From assembly GCA_002633005.1 (NCBI GenBank), contig NMRA01000273.1, forward strand, positions 5,968-69,967: a stretch of DNA of 64,000 bases, in the 5' to 3' direction. The notes beneath the pieces are model-generated. The model was not told the DNA's origin. It searched no databases and was given only the letters and a program-made list of their open reading frames with translations. A program made the position numbers and the translations under genes. The number at the start of each line of letters is the position of its first letter. Position 1 is the stretch's first letter. Below, in pieces: positions 36,317 to 50,964 of the stretch. The stretch is from Phoronis australis (Eukaryota; Animalia; Phoronida).

Positions 36317-37648
36317 CTAGGCTCCTTAATCTGACCATAGAAGCACTTAGATACCACCTCAGCATATACGGAAATGGACGTCTGCCATTATCTGCACTCT
36401 GGGTTCGACCCCTGGGGACCTTACAAGGGGGTCAAAAATGAGATAACCTAGATATTTGAGGTACTGGCCAAGACTGATTTAAAACGAACACTAGTACAGC
36501 ACTGAACGCCGAATGACCTGTGACAGACAAATTGGCATCCAACAGCCAAAGCTGCCCCACCTGGGGGTCAAACGACCAAAAGGGGAGACAGCTTCTCAGG
36601 CACAGCCCGGTTGTTCTGTTCGTCACCTTGCCGTGAAACTCGTATCAGCATGTAGAGCTAAAGACCGGCGGGGTGCATGCAAAATCTGGGAATCAACTGA
36701 CACTCACCTTGACCGTTACTGCCGTTTAAGTGAAAAACAATCTAATAAACGTCATTTTCTTCTTAGTGCGTAATGCTCCACCTTTTGTAACAATGAAAAG
36801 TATGTCGTCGTTTTTAAAACAGTAAACGCTCTTGTCATGGGCCCGTGTCATTTCTTAAAATTTTGCGACATCTCTCAGAAGATGATGACAGCTTTACAGC
36901 AGCAAAATTTGTTCTGAAATTCTATTTTCTGGTATCAAAATTCGAAAAACTTATAATGAAGTGATGCCAGTTTCGATAATTTGTTATGACGTGTAAGCAA
37001 CCTCGTGAAAGAACAACAGTAAGAATCGGCGAAAAAAGAAACTAGCCTATAGGTGACGCAATATTTCATGGCGCCGAAAGCCGACGCAAATAATCGTACC
37101 ACAATTTTAGCAGCAGAATAATGGTAGAACACTAATTTTTCTAACTCTACTAAATAATATTATTTATTCAAGGAACAGAGTAGTTTTAGTGACAATAATT
37201 TTGTTCAGATTTATCTGGTCATTTTCTAACCCACATCGCCCCAAAGCTGCATATTTAGTATACAGCTTTGCTCCAAGGTCCTATCCACCTCCATCGCCAT
37301 CTAGCGACAAAGCGTACGAAAAACAGTTACAAATCTATTGTTGTTGTATTTTAGAATGTATGTTTAAACATCTCTCCAACATGCACATGCGTTTGTTTAT
37401 GGTTTGATTCATTTCGCCGTGCCAACCGAGACAGACATGTGGATTGCGATCCGTACATCCAAGAATCTATTCAGTTAGTGTGTTGATGTCTCGCGAAATT
37501 TTGTGTGATCTTGCGTTCTTGCAAAGTTTTTGGGTCTACGCGGGACAGCACTCCTGATTGGTCTGCATGCCGGATGTCGTGAACGAGAACCAATGAAAAG
37601 TCTTAGCTTGTTGTACCTTATGTAAAGACGTTATGTTCTGTCTGGCAG

Positions 37649-37882
37649 GTGGAGGTGACTTGAAGCGTAGAATAAAACTATTCTTGAAGAAGAATGCCAT
37701 CAAAATTGGTATTGGTGCTGGCATTGCGGTTGGAGCTCCAATAATAGGTGCCGTTGCTGTGGTAGGAGCCCCTGTGGTGCTGGGTGCTGCAGGGTTTACA
37801 TCTGGAGGGATTGCTGCGGGATCACTGGCAGCTTCGATGATGTCGTCTGCTGCTATCGCCAACGGAGGAGGCATCGCCGCTG
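37649..37882 (+). CDS. IFI27: IFI27/ISG12-like protein, internal exon (Ifi-6-16 domain N-part)
   Basis: ctgtctggcag|GT...GCTG|gtaag, encoding AVAVVGAPVVLGAAGFTSGGIAAGSLAASMMSSAAIANGGGIAAG, the ISG12 motif. Confidence 0.92.
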
Positions 37883-39365
37883 GTAAGGGAGGAGCGTCTT
37901 ATTGGTTCAATGGTTTCGAGAATTTCTAGAACTGTTTGTGGGATAGCTTATTGTTATCGATAGTAAATAAGCGTTTCTAATCCTTTGTGGAAAGAGGTTT
38001 TAGATTAGGTTTACGATTCGAGTAGAGCAACCACAAACAGTCCTTTAATTTCCCCTGAAAGCACGGTGCTGTTCAAAATACATAAACTTGCACAGATTAT
38101 TTCATGAAGAAAGGGAAACAAACCGCAGAAAAGCGGTTATGATTGACTGCTGGACTACCAATTTTTCTCTACAATAGTTAGGCAACTCCCGTGTGCAAGT
38201 TCATAGAATTTGCATCTTCTGACCGTTGACTGCACTTAGCTAAATATTCTGAAAGCGGTGACAATCCCACGTTCTGTCCAAGAAACAAAATTTTATTTAG
38301 ATCACTTACCGCTATATATTCGGCCTCAACTTGTCCTTTGTTGAGATGAAAATTGATTTCTGTATTAACAAATAAGTACCAGCTCGTTTTTCCTCGAGAT
38401 CTTGCTGGGGACATAGAATGACAAGCCGTGACAAGCCTTGTAGACCTTGGTCTCAAGCAAATAACGAACTCTCAGTTCTTTCAAAGACCAGCTGAAATCA
38501 TCGCCACCAATTTAACTAAGGAACTGCGTGAGTCCAAATTAATGATGATAAATGGTCTATATTAAAAATTATGTTTATTGTGATGGAAGGCAGGTTTGTA
38601 GCCGCTTCAAATGTAACTTCCTATTAGTTTCACTGGTTTAGAATACAGACAAAGTTTCATCAACAGAAAGACGTCCCACAAGTATTCAGAATTTCGTAAA
38701 TTTCAGTTCTGCGGTTGTTTCCGTTCTTATTGACAATTCATTGAAAATTAATTTCAGTACCCTTCTGCGGCCACGTTGTTGGCGCACTCCAAGAAATTCA
38801 AAAACTCTTTTTAAAATACCCTATTGATTCTGATTATTCACACTGTAAAAGAGCATCATGAGAGAATAAATTTAAAGACCATCGAATCCCAGTGAAATTG
38901 TTTTCATGAAGTGTTTAGCTGTAACTAAGCAGAACGGGTATTTTAAGGAGTGATTGATTCTTCAGTTTAGTTCAGTGAGAAGTCTGTGAGACAGCAAATG
39001 TTGAAAATTTCGGAGTCTATGGCCCTCATTTTATCATGAATTTTAACAACATTGCTTTCATATTGCCTTTCGAAGATAGAGGTGGATTTTTTATCTCTTA
39101 ATTTACCAACTCGTATAGGTGGAGTGTGACATTGCAGTAACCCATTTTTCCATCGTCAACCGTCTAATTTATGCTTTATACAGTTTAACCTATTTTTAAA
39201 TAATCAGTAACGTCTTTTAGCATCTTTTTAGTTTGATTTAATTGTACGAGTAGTTTATTTGTAAGTTGCCCTTACCGACATAGGCAATCGTTGGCCTCAG
39301 AACGATTTAGGTGTGGGCGATGATCAACCGAAGAAATGATAAATTTTCATCTTGGGTTCTTACAG

Positions 39366-39536
39366 GCAGCCTAGTCGCTGTTCTGCAGTCTGCAGGTGCT
39401 GTGGGTCTGAGTGCAGCCACCACTGCAGGAGTGGCTGGTGCAGGGGCTGCTGTTGGTGGCGCTGTTGGAGGCGGTATAGGTGCTGGTGTCGCACGAGCAC
39501 TTGATGACGCAGAACAAGAAGAGCAACATCGTGATG
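39366..39536 (+). CDS. IFI27: IFI27/ISG12-like protein, internal exon (Ifi-6-16 domain C-part)
   Basis: ttcttacag|GC AGC CTA...GAT G|gtaagt. The phase-1 join gives ...GIAAG-SLVAVLQSAGAVGL, completing the ISG12 motif, then a Gly/Ala hydrophobic stretch and ARALDDAEQEEQHRD. Confidence 0.92.
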
Positions 39537-40016
39537 GTAAGTTAAGGAGTTTCTTCGTTTGGTCACGGTTACTTAGATCTCAAGGGAGCTGGCTTAAACC
39601 ACTCTTGGTGTGGTCACATTTGTACAGCTTTTAGTTTAAATTTCCGTAACTTCGATTATACGTATATAGGTATACATGAGCCTCTTCACGTCATATCCTG
39701 GACTGGCCGCACTTATGATTATACAATTGTTGACTTTCACCCCCTCGGTCGTTATCGTATTTTGGGGTTTGAAAACAAACACATTGAGCTTGATGAAAGT
39801 CAATAATTGATTAGAATAATACATTCATTTTGTTAAACACAAGGCAAAGTTGGTAACTGGGCTTTGATGTTAAACCAATCAAGCTTGTTGATAATATTTA
39901 GATAACGTCCTCAATGGACGGACATCAAGACGCAAAAATCCACTCGCCACGAGGTAGAAGTGCAACAAACTCACCATTCGCGCAAAGGCGTTGAGTGGTT
40001 TATCTTTTTGTTTTAG

Positions 40017-40045
40017 AGAAAAACTACATGATGTCTTTACTTTAA
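40017..40045 (+). CDS. IFI27: Putative terminal coding exon of the IFI27-like gene (EKNYMMSLL*)
   Basis: Strong acceptor tatctttttgttttag, in frame with the phase-1 donor at 39536. TAA at 40043-40045 and AATAAA at 40125. Confidence 0.45.
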
Positions 40046-41365
40046 AAGCTTCATGTGACTACCTTTAGCCTAGATCTCACGTTGCATTAATTTAAAGATT
40101 TGTATATTGTGAAGACCTGGGATAAATAAAATATAATAGACTAGCGACTTTATTTTTTTAGCTTAAAATTACATTCTCGGTGAGATACGGGATTTAGTAG
40201 AAATCACCAATAGCGTGCAGCCGAACCCACTAGCTCCAGCAGCTGAACGTGTTGCCGCTGATTCAAAACCCAAACATTAAATAACTACTTATTGGGGACA
40301 AATAAAACAACAAGAATAATATATATTTTAAGATGTACTGGGAATTTCAGGGTCACAGCTCTACAAATAAATATTTCACAGAAGGAACCAGATGGGTTCC
40401 GTAATTACAAGACATAACACACACATTTCCGATACCCAAAGTGTAATTGAATATGGGATACTAAGTGGCACAGGTTAGCATAGTACCAAATGGGTACATA
40501 ATAACAAATGGGTATTGGCCGATTGCAAAACGACAAATTCAATAACAAGTACCAAGTGGGTACAAACTGCCAAATGGGCAAATATCATATAAAGTACCAA
40601 GTGGGTACACCAAACAGCCAACTGGGCTATAACAACCGGCAAAGCAGGTTCCGGACAAGCTGAGTGAGCAGACCAGCCGGAGTGATAAAAAGATATATTG
40701 TAAGGAACGTGGTGTTGTGGCTCAGTATGTGTATTTCTAGCGAACTTAAATGGTTTTAAGACATCGACCTTAACTGTCTGGCAAACAACTGCGAATATTG
40801 GCAATTTGTAATAAAACCGTAATAAACAAATTTTAATGTTTTATAACTCTGATCAAAGATGATAACTTAAAGAAGTCTATACCATCCAAGTATGATGATG
40901 TAAGTGTAGAATTCGAGCCTTTGCACTAGCTGTGGCTTGAAAGGTGCTGTGGAAAAGGTATACTATGGTAAATTCGGGTGTGCTACTTAAAGTGCTTAAA
41001 TCCTCAATTCATAAAAAACTCACCACGACTGTAAACCACCAGTCGTTCAGCTGTCAAACTAGCACACTCGTAAACACTGTCTGACGATATGTTAATTAGC
41101 TGATCTTGAGCTACGAGCACTTATTGGTCGACACATGTGATGTAAAATCGGGAAACCAGTCACAACATTTGTCATCTCCCATTGTGTTTAGTGTAAAAAG
41201 TCGTCAGATATTGCCCCTTTTGACGTTATCCCGTGGTTTATGGTGTCATAAAGAATGGCGAGGTGTTGCGTTTGCAGTGGTTGTGACAACGTGATATATG
41301 ACCACGCTGTGGCTCATCGCGAGACATCAGAGAAGTACAGATATGGCACAAAAAAGTCTCGTGTA

Positions 41366-44300
41366 TGCGAGACCTTCAAGTCAAATTATTTTGACATTGT
41401 CAGCCAGTTTCTACGCTTGCGAAATCCTCAAAAAGTGAGCTACGGCAGCTTTATCGTCTGATTTAAAACTTTTATGGGTTTTTTGCTGACGTGCACATGA
41501 TCATGGTAAGGAATTATTAAGCTCTTGATAATAGATACCATACCTTTCAGGAAACGGGCAAGAGCCTATGAAGTGCGAAAAGTGCTGCCAAAGGGACTGC
41601 ACACTGTTGTTGCTGCCATGTCACCACCTGTGCTGCACGAGTTGTGTGAACATGCCAGAGTCCCAGGCAGAGAAGTGTCCGTGCTGCAACACAGTAATCA
41701 TACGGAAAATGAAAGTCGATAATTAAGTCCGGGCCGTCTGTAAATCTTGTATAAGTCGTGCAAGACTGCAATTAAGTTCAACAAGTTTTCGCCAACACAT
41801 ACTTTTGCATTGTTTGCGTGTTGGTCTGTGCGTAGGTATCCTTGTTACAACGTGGTTTCTCCGCCTCTTCTATAATATAACAATTGACAAAAATTTCCTT
41901 CTTTCACGGGTAGGCTGAAGCTTCATTATAGTGTGAGAATACTTCGACGTAGGTTAATTCACAAGCAAATATTGTCGATAATTAAGGACTACATGTCTTT
42001 TTGAACCCACTTGTTCCACGGGTGCTCAGCTTTGATTTTCCAAATTTACGAGAAGTATATGCTTTCCAAATGATTATTTGAGTGGTACATGTAATAGCTT
42101 TGAATAAGTTCACTTTTATAATTTTGAAAATCACTCGATAAGCGATTGTGAATGACAAATTTCAGGTTACCCTGCTGGGAAATATCATGATCTCGGTGAA
42201 TTTGCTTCAAACTTGACCAATAAAATCGTGTGAAATATGAGACTTTAATAAAAAAGGGCCGTCAATCTTCCTCCCCACGACCTGTTCGAAAATTATCGTA
42301 AACGACGCCGTTTTTCTCATTACTGCAGTTCTTTTCTTGCCATCAACCATATTTTATCCTCCTTACTCATCTGATTTCTCATTGAGCACATTTTGTTTCT
42401 CATGAACGGCGTTCTTTTCTTCGAACGATTTCGAGGACTTCTGTGATTAATGTCGGATTGACTTTCTCCATTGTTGATCTACGTTTTATTCGTAACGAAG
42501 TATAATAGATAAACCAGGGCTCCTGGCCCTAAGGTGGCACTCAACAGTTCTTTCTGGTTTTGGGCGTGAGAAAACAGGTCAAGCCGATTTCAATCCATCA
42601 TTGTTTTTATCAACATATGCTGCTGCTTGCTATCTTGAAGATGTACGAAACCTGAAAATGTGAATAGTATACTGTGCAAAAGACTTCAAAAACCTTCATG
42701 AGGTTGGCCAAGGACAGAACAATTACAGGGTGTTAGTTGAAATTATATTGAGCACTACATTGATGTGTTATAAGTGACCAACTTCAACGGAAGATAATGC
42801 AAGAATCAAGTGGATTTATGATGGCGCAAATAATATTCGTAACTCATTCTTGCCACACTATTACCACAGAGAAACAATAAATACCAACTTGCCTGATTTC
42901 AAAACATGAATTTTGTGAGGGTCGCAAAAATAAATCCAAACGATTGACACTCGCCATTGTGTGAAACAGGGTATGCCAGAGTAATAGTTGTATTAGCTGG
43001 CGTGCGACATTTTTAAACAGATCGTGTCGCACAGTGAATCACCTTAATCTGTACCTTAACTCTGAGTAGCCGCACATACAAAACCAGGCAACCAATTTCA
43101 ACACTTTAAAAATAGCGAGATAATATTGTCCGCTTTCACCGTGTTGACACTGAGGTTTGTTCTTCAACTTTTGTTTTCTGATATTTTTTTCTCAAAAATT
43201 TACATATTAGGACAGAGGTTGATTAAAATTTCGTGCCCCTAAAATGGTGCAATTTAAGAACCAAAGTGAAATCATTTGTTTCAGTGTCGTAAAGCATTTA
43301 GAACACAAACGAAACATTTATTATCCTTTGCAGTTTACAAACAGTTTAGCTACCAAGTTTTGTTATCATTTTAAAAAGCCATCAGATCTCATACACCTTG
43401 CTTCAACTGTTGCTCATGAACGAATTGGAGTAAATAAGAATCACAATTTTGACACACGTAGTAAGCCTCCCTAGATCTATATGGTTCGCGTGGCTAATTC
43501 CTGCAAGACATATACTGGATTAGCTTTAAAATGAATCGCCACAGACAAGACTAATCGCCGTCCTCTGAACAGTCGGTAGCCTACCCTAAGTTAGGCCCAA
43601 CAGTTTTTTCCTTCAAAGCCCCTAGTTATTTCTTTTTTTTTAGTTTATCCAGATACTGTCTTCTGAATGTTTTTACAGTAGAGCAAATCAATCACTTCCG
43701 TTATTGTGTATGTGGTTTCGTGCCTTATGAATATCCGGTTTTGGATGTGTTTCATTTAGGCTGAGTAAAGGAGAGCTTCGTGGTAGGTACTGGTGGCATG
43801 TTGCGTGTTTTCACCGTAATGGATGTGTAGGCCTACCTCTACCGTAAGTGACTGAACCCTGACAAGCAAAAACCCTATTTTTCGCTCGGTAACATCGCCA
43901 CTGAGTTGCTGTCATTTCGATGTCAAATATTGTATACATGTACTGGTCTGCCATGTGGACTGAAAACGCGACAGGCAAGCGATTGGAACGGAATACTTGC
44001 TTGTATTTGTGCATTGAGACCGTCTTTACTCATTCGTCGTGGAGGATTGTGACACATATAGGAGTGATGACTACTACCGAGAGATCCGAACTGAACTCTT
44101 TTGTCTAGATCCGTAATGCTATTTGTTGCTTTCCTTGTGCAAGTGATCTGTCTCCACCCATTATAATCGAGCTGGATGACGTCACTGTTGTAGAAACGTG
44201 GTCCCCTCGGTTGGAATAATTCTTGTGTGTTGCTATGAGTCTGAATCTTCACATGTGCGGGGAACACTGTCAACACTTTGTCTACTGACATGGCATGAAA

Positions 44301-47300
44301 CCGGCTCTTGGATATGTTGCCACGTACTCTCGAGTGTACAACGAGCTCTGTCGGCACTTTCTATATAATTCACAGGTGTATCTCAGTAAAATTGGTTCTA
44401 CAGTATCTGGTTTTGAATGTCCAAAATTGATCTGGGTAGCACTGTGTTATACACACAGGACTCACTGCATGAGCATAATCCCGTTTTTACATCATTTTTG
44501 GCCATAGTAAGATTGAGAAACGGAAATCGCCACACAAATAAAAAAAGTTCATGTTCATTCAACGTTTCATACTCGTCATCTTTTTGGGTTGGCACACAGT
44601 ACCGGTAGTGTTGGAGGGGTGGTTCATCCGTAAAACACAACAGCGCGCCCATACATAGGTCAGCTTCCTGCAATTGCTCAGAAGAGTATCCATAAATTTG
44701 TTAAGCTTTATTGTATTTATTTTAAAATTCGTTTGACTTTCACTAGCCTTGAGTTCAAAATTCTGTTTTCGCCCAAAGACCGTTTACCTTTGTTCACACG
44801 CTCACATGTCGTACATGAATTATGTTGTGCAGGCTGTGGTGCCTGTTATGATGGAGAAACGTGTGGACAATTGAATACACGTATACCTGAGCACGTGTCA
44901 GAGGTTCTGCATGATAATCGGATGCATGTCAGAGTACTCAGTGTCCAATTTTAGTATCATGGACAGTACGAGGACAGATTATAGGAGGCCTTGTATATTC
45001 AGTTGATAAAACCATTCCTGAATGTGCAAGTGCACCACCTTGGCCTCACAATGTTTTGAGGTATGTTCTAGAGCAGAGCCTTCTTTACCCTTGTGTTATT
45101 GACCTACTATGTCTCACACCTGCATGACCTTTTACTAATTACCTTGACCTTTACGTCATGCTGGTTGAGAATGAGGAGTGCACCTCAAAACATGTCATGA
45201 AAATGAAGTTGTGTACACTATGGCTATTCATTAAATGCATCTGAGTTGTCAAATATATGCAAAAATACTCAGTCAAAGTACGTGTAGACCAATAAGCTGT
45301 CAAAAGACCAGACTTTTGACTTCATGTCTGCACTAAACTAGACCAATATTATCAAATCAACTTGGTTTTACATTCACACATTAGAAATGGCCAAAATCAA
45401 CCCATTGGAAATTCGTAAAAATTCTCAACTTTCGAAAAGCCAATACTTAAATAGTAAAATATCTATTCTAAATATCAAAATTGTTTCTGGGTCTTAGGTC
45501 AGACACATTCATAGAAAAAATCACAGAAGTTCCTAACTTTTAAAATGGAATTCGCAGTTATTTTTGTAATGTTCTAGTCTATCTTTATGATAGCAAGTAA
45601 CAGCATATGTTAATAAAAACAACAATGGATTTAAATCGGTTTGACATGTTAAGCCGATTTAAATCCATTGTTGTTTTTATCAACATATTTTATCTTTGTG
45701 CGAACTCAAGATAAGTGGCTATTATTCTGTGTTCCAGTACATAATGGCGTATGTGAGTAACTGCCTTGTCTACATAATGACCCCATCATTAAGGCTAAAG
45801 TTCGAGTTTAAACTCGAAGTTTCGCGTTTTACTCGAGTTTGTTCTTCGACTATAGGGGTCACCAAGTGCAAACTTGAACCAGAAAACGCATATGCATAAA
45901 CCACAATATACTCGTCCACAGACTAACAGTCGTTTATCTGGAGTTTGCACAAAAGAAGAACAGAAATGCCGAAAATAATGAAGTTAACGGTTGGAGCCTG
46001 CTCCATGGAAAAAGGTTTTTGTGGGTCATAAATACCGCCAGACCAGTAATATCTGTTTACGCTAGAGCCTGTCCATGGCGTTTTCTCATGATCTGACAAC
46101 TGAAAGATTCCATTGATAGGGATTTAAACCTTTTACATACGTATCTTAAAGATGCATTTGCATACTGCTAACTATGCTCATGAATAATAGGAACTAAACG
46201 ACAATGCTACTTGAACATCATCTTCGCTAAACAAAGTGCAGTTCTATTCAATGACAACTTGTAAATGTGAAAAAAAAAATTTGCAAATAGGTGTCCTTAG
46301 GTTATAGACAACAGGTTCGCAACTCCTGCATTTTCTTGCAAAATATCCCAGAAGAGGCGCCACCATCTAAACATAGCAAACTCAGCTTCCGATTAAGTGT
46401 ATTGTGACGGGAAATTCTTCCATATATTTTACTGTCTAGCACAACGAAAAAAGAAATAATATCGTCATTGAAACGCTGTTCAAGGTCTTCCCACAGTAGA
46501 GTCCAGAAATTTTGACAGGCACCGGCGTGCATTTGCGCGCTCGAATGCACGCTGGTGCCCCTCAAAATTAAAAAGTGAAACCTCCCGTGGATTATGTAAA
46601 CTGCTATTAAAGTGCAAGATTGGTTTTTAGTAAGTGTGGTGGTTATTTTTGGAGTATTGATATGAGCTGTATTTAGAAGTTAATGTTTTACGAGCGTTCA
46701 ATTAATTTAAACGCGGATGAGAATTGGGCAAAATCGCCGATCCAAATCCCGACGAAATGACCATGATTGGCAGACGACGTACTTGCCGGAAGTAAAAGCG
46801 TGCCATATCTGCCCTGTGTCGCTAGTGAATAATGACGTCACGGCTTATGCGTATGATCACAGATTTCCGAGAGTCATCCATTTAAAATTTACAGAGTTGG
46901 CCGTCCACGTACTATAGTCGATCTATGGCAGGGGCGGATCCAGGATTTTGAGTTGGGGGGGCTATGACAGAGTATTAGCCAGGATTTTGCCCGTTAGACA
47001 TTGGCATCCCCCATCTTACAAATGTAAACTGGGAGAATTTTAGAGGGGGCATGGCCCCCTTGGCCCCCCGATCCGCCACTGTATGGTGGCTCACATAGCC
47101 CGCAACTCGCAGTGTTATTCACCAACACCACGTCATGATACCTTACTGGACATGGTTGAGTGATTTACGGTGGATCATTTTCGACACAAAACATTGGTTA
47201 CATTGTTTACAAAAGAGCTCAGTTGCAATCACTGCCAAGCGTAATTCCTGAAGCTAACTAAAGACTGATCATTCTCAGTAGGGACATCTGGGGGCACGGA

Positions 47301-47520
47301 TCCGGGTTGCGGCAACCAACGACGGTTTTAAATTTAAGAAGACTGAATGAGACTCGTGAAGACTGGCATGGACAAAGTAGCCTACTTTTAGTTTCGACCC
47401 GGCCGTGCGACGAGTAGTTACAGTGGGTGAGGTTGAGGCGCACTGAAGTGGCCCTAAACATTTCAGTTGCGCTGTGAAATCATGCGATCTTGACATGGAT
47501 TAGATGAATTTATCGTGGTT
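41366..47520 (+). repeat. Uninterrupted copy of the duplicated block (source or sister of A1, A2, A3)
   Basis: Colinear with 1386-2561, 7688-11583 and 12489-15353. It lacks the L1 and the 11297 MITE and includes the Penelope GIY-YIG remnant (44733-44954). Confidence 0.93.
46929..47081. mobile_element. MITE family 1, TSD TATGG (same insertion as 14806)
   Basis: tatgg|caggggcggatcc...gatccgccactg|tatgg. Confidence 0.85.
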
Positions 47521-49064
47521 GGTAATTCAACGATATTTCTTCTTCATGTTCTTTTAGAAATGCAAGTACGTACTCATTTTACCGTATTCGTAAGACATGC
47601 GGGCAATTTCGCATGCGCAGGAACTCCAAAGGTAGTGATTTATTATCGGGCGTTGTTTTCGGTATAGCTGCATTTAATAACCGAAAATGTCGTTTATTTT
47701 TGCGTGTAAAGTATAACAATTACACCTGAGTCCGAAATTTTAGACATTTTCGGAGTAGTAAATCTTCGGAGTAGTGAACCTTCAAAGTAGTGAACCTTCG
47801 GAACATGCGGTGTTCCCATTTCCAGCGACATGAGCAACTTAAGTAACACGCAAGAATACAACCAAGTCTTATTCCGTCAGACTATGTAATGAGGTGTAAT
47901 CACTCATTTAAACACCCTGAGTGGAAAGTTTGGCAGGAGGTAACGCGAGAACTTTCTATTTGTGGACCATGCTACATCTGAATTTGGGCTGCGTTCTTTG
48001 CGAGCAACCGTCACGGCATCCTCATTTCTGGATCACAAATTCCGTCATATTTCAGGAACATAGAGCTGAGAACCATCGTTGTCGTGCATACAGATTTCCC
48101 TTCCCCATGATTAAGCTGCGTCAAGGGCCTTGCCAAAATCTCCAATGTGTTAACATTTGCAAAATATCAAAGGTCCACCTTTGAAGATTAGGGGATTATC
48201 CCGACATTAGCCCAACCCGTTATACTGGCACTGCTGTTGTAGGCACCCCAATTTTTTCCTTCACAAGCTGTTACATTTAAGATTGCGTGGTGTTACTGTA
48301 TAAATCAGATTACAGCAGTGTCGCAAGTTATCCATTGCATTTTTATGCTGTTTATTCTAATGACTGTCTTTGTGTTCGACGTATGTCCCGCAAGCTCCGT
48401 TTCCAGAGATAAAAAGGAGACGCCAAGGGTCAAAGCTGGAGGGGGAGGTACATTTATCCAAGTGCAAGAACAAAATACTCGGAGTGAATGAAATGTAAGT
48501 AAGATAAGGAATGAGGTAGATACGTACACCGGAGAGTAACGATATAAACGACATAAACTATGACAAAAGTTATTCATGTCGAAAAATTAACCGTAGGATA
48601 ACATACGTGCGGTATGCAATACAAATGGCTAACAGAGACTGAGCTACTTAGGGTGACGATATAAACAAAATAAACTGGAGAAGGGTTACACTGGTCAAAA
48701 GAAACTGGACCTCCATACGCACGATATGAAATAAAAATTGGCTAAAAAAGACTGAGGTAGTTAGTACAAAATAATAAAGATAAGGATATGTTGCAAGTCT
48801 AATATGAGAACAATCGAGGTACAACGAGGTGAAGTAAAGAACACAGAAGGAACTAGATAAGTGAAAATAATATACATGGAATGAGGTAGGTAATTAGAAC
48901 TGAGAACGACTAGATACAGAATTTGAAATAGGCCTAGTGTCGGGCAAAATGGGTTAACTGGAACTGAAGTCGATAATACAAAATAAAAATATCATGAAAA
49001 TACACTATATAACAAGGGATAAACCTAGAGTAAGAAAAAGTGCCGCAGGCAATACTGACATTAA

Positions 49065-50758
49065 AGGAGAATGCCATCCGATTTAATTAGTCTTTTTTAC
49101 CGTCTTAATCGGTCTATATCCACATCGCCTAGTCGCATACGGTCGACCTTACCTTGCCAAGAGGTGTCGCGTTAACCTGTGAGGAAGGTGAGAAACGACG
49201 CTAGCGACGTCAGTGGTTCATATGCAGAGTGAATGCCGCTATGTTACGGTGCATCGTTCCCGCTTGTTCGAACTAAGCAGCTGCGAGGAAAGCGGGTATA
49301 TCGTTTTTTTTTTACTTCCTCGAGAGTCCGAAATGCTTAGGAAGTGGCTCATGGTAGTGAAGAATGAAATGTACGCTGTAAATAGCAAGTATGAGGCCGT
49401 TAAACATCTCCGTGTCTGTGGCCTGCAGACGTCGACAGTGCCTGACGAACTTCATGCCGGCTTACCAAATAACTCCATACGTTCCGTTGTCTCAGCTTGT
49501 TCACGGCGCCTCTTTAGTATTTCTTCATCACTGTATTCCTGTGCGAATTGATAGCCTGTAAAACTTAACGATCCACCTGCGAAGTCGGGACTGATGATCG
49601 AGCTCTAGCTCGTCCTAAGTCGGGATTGCGAGTTGCCATGTTGGCGTTTTACTTAGCGTTCTGTTTCAAAATGAATTATTCTCACCCTAACCAATATTAT
49701 ATAAAACTGAAACAAAGTCTAGATATCTCATTAGATGCAATTTGTAATGCCTTTGGAGTGTTCGTGAGTGCTAATGATTTTAGAAGCCAGCAATGAATAA
49801 ATCACTGCGTTACCGGCTTAAGGTGCAATAAAATTAATTGATGGGACACCGAGGCCGTGTGAGCTCATGCTAATTTAATGTTTGCTGGCAGAAACTGTTG
49901 TGAAACAACTCGATTTCCATCCCACGACCAGGTGTTAGGGGAATCTTTATTTACATTTACATTACTCAAATAATGATTGACAATGTACAACTTCTGGCCT
50001 GACGGCCTGCTGTCGGTGAAAGAGGAACCTGAATTCGTGGCCCCTGACGAGTAAATAGATTTGCAGTTTCGTGGCTAACTCACCAACATAATCACGTGCA
50101 CATTACTTTGGCTCAATAGTATAGTATTTTCGTGACTGGAAGTTTAGTTTCCACTGAGCTTTGGCTGGTTTATGTTCGTGATGTCTGATCAGTTTCCGAG
50201 CCACTGGCCGGGATAACGAGTCAATCCGGCCGGCCGCGACGGGCGTGATCGGGCTCCGAGCCACTGGCCAGGATAACAAGCGTTTTGTGTTTAGAACTAA
50301 AAAAATCACAAGTCTAAACAACACAGACCTAGGTTCTCCTGTCTGTATCTCACGGAAAATACTTCGAAATTATCTCCAAACACACCCTAAACTCCTGCTA
50401 CGGACCTTATTGGCCTCCGAACTTTGTAGGCTACGGTGGGTTCAAATACCAATAAATCCGTAAGAGCGAAATAAAACAACACGTTTTTATAAGAACTCGG
50501 TGTATTTTAAGGGTTTTACATCGAAGTTTTATGATTTATTGGAGTTAAACGATGACTTCAAGCGATAAGCTGACACCAGTAACCCGTGTTGTGAATTGCT
50601 GAACAGACTGCGTCTGAAACCGATGACGTCATTGGATAATGTCAACACGTCCGTCTGCCGTCAGGTGTCAAGTAACGCGACCGTACCTGTCGTTATGGAG
50701 TAGAACTACTCGATCTAAATTGATACAAATTAGGTTGTTTTTTGGGTGGCATGCTCCT
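49065..50758 (+). mobile_element. Kolobok-type non-autonomous transposon with decayed THAP
   Basis: TTAA|AGGAGAATGCCATCC ... GGGTGGCATGCTCCT|TTAA. From 49241: MLRCIVPACSN*...ISFF(fs)LPRESEMLRKWLMVVKNE...HLRVCGL. Confidence 0.85.
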
Positions 50759-50964
50759 TTAACGTGTGGGTGAGTGTGTGAGAGATGATGAATGGCGGAG
50801 AGGGAAATGGTTAAAGAGGGAATGACAAGAAAGGTGCAGGCAATACTGACACCTGTTGGGGAAGGTTGGGAGGTGCAGGCAATACAGATACCTGGTGAGC
50901 GGAGTGAGGCAGGCAATACGGACTCCGGGTTGGGAATTATGGGGAGTGGATGGAAAGTTAATTA

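Noticed and set aside
42641-42663. Alternative IFI27 terminal exon (DVRNLKM*)
   Set aside because: The acceptor lies in a repeat arm and has a weak pyrimidine tract. The 40017 candidate is closer and stronger.
47921-48184. Possible Ngaro hydrolase or recombinase N-terminal fragment
   Set aside because: No convincing motif in any frame by eye.
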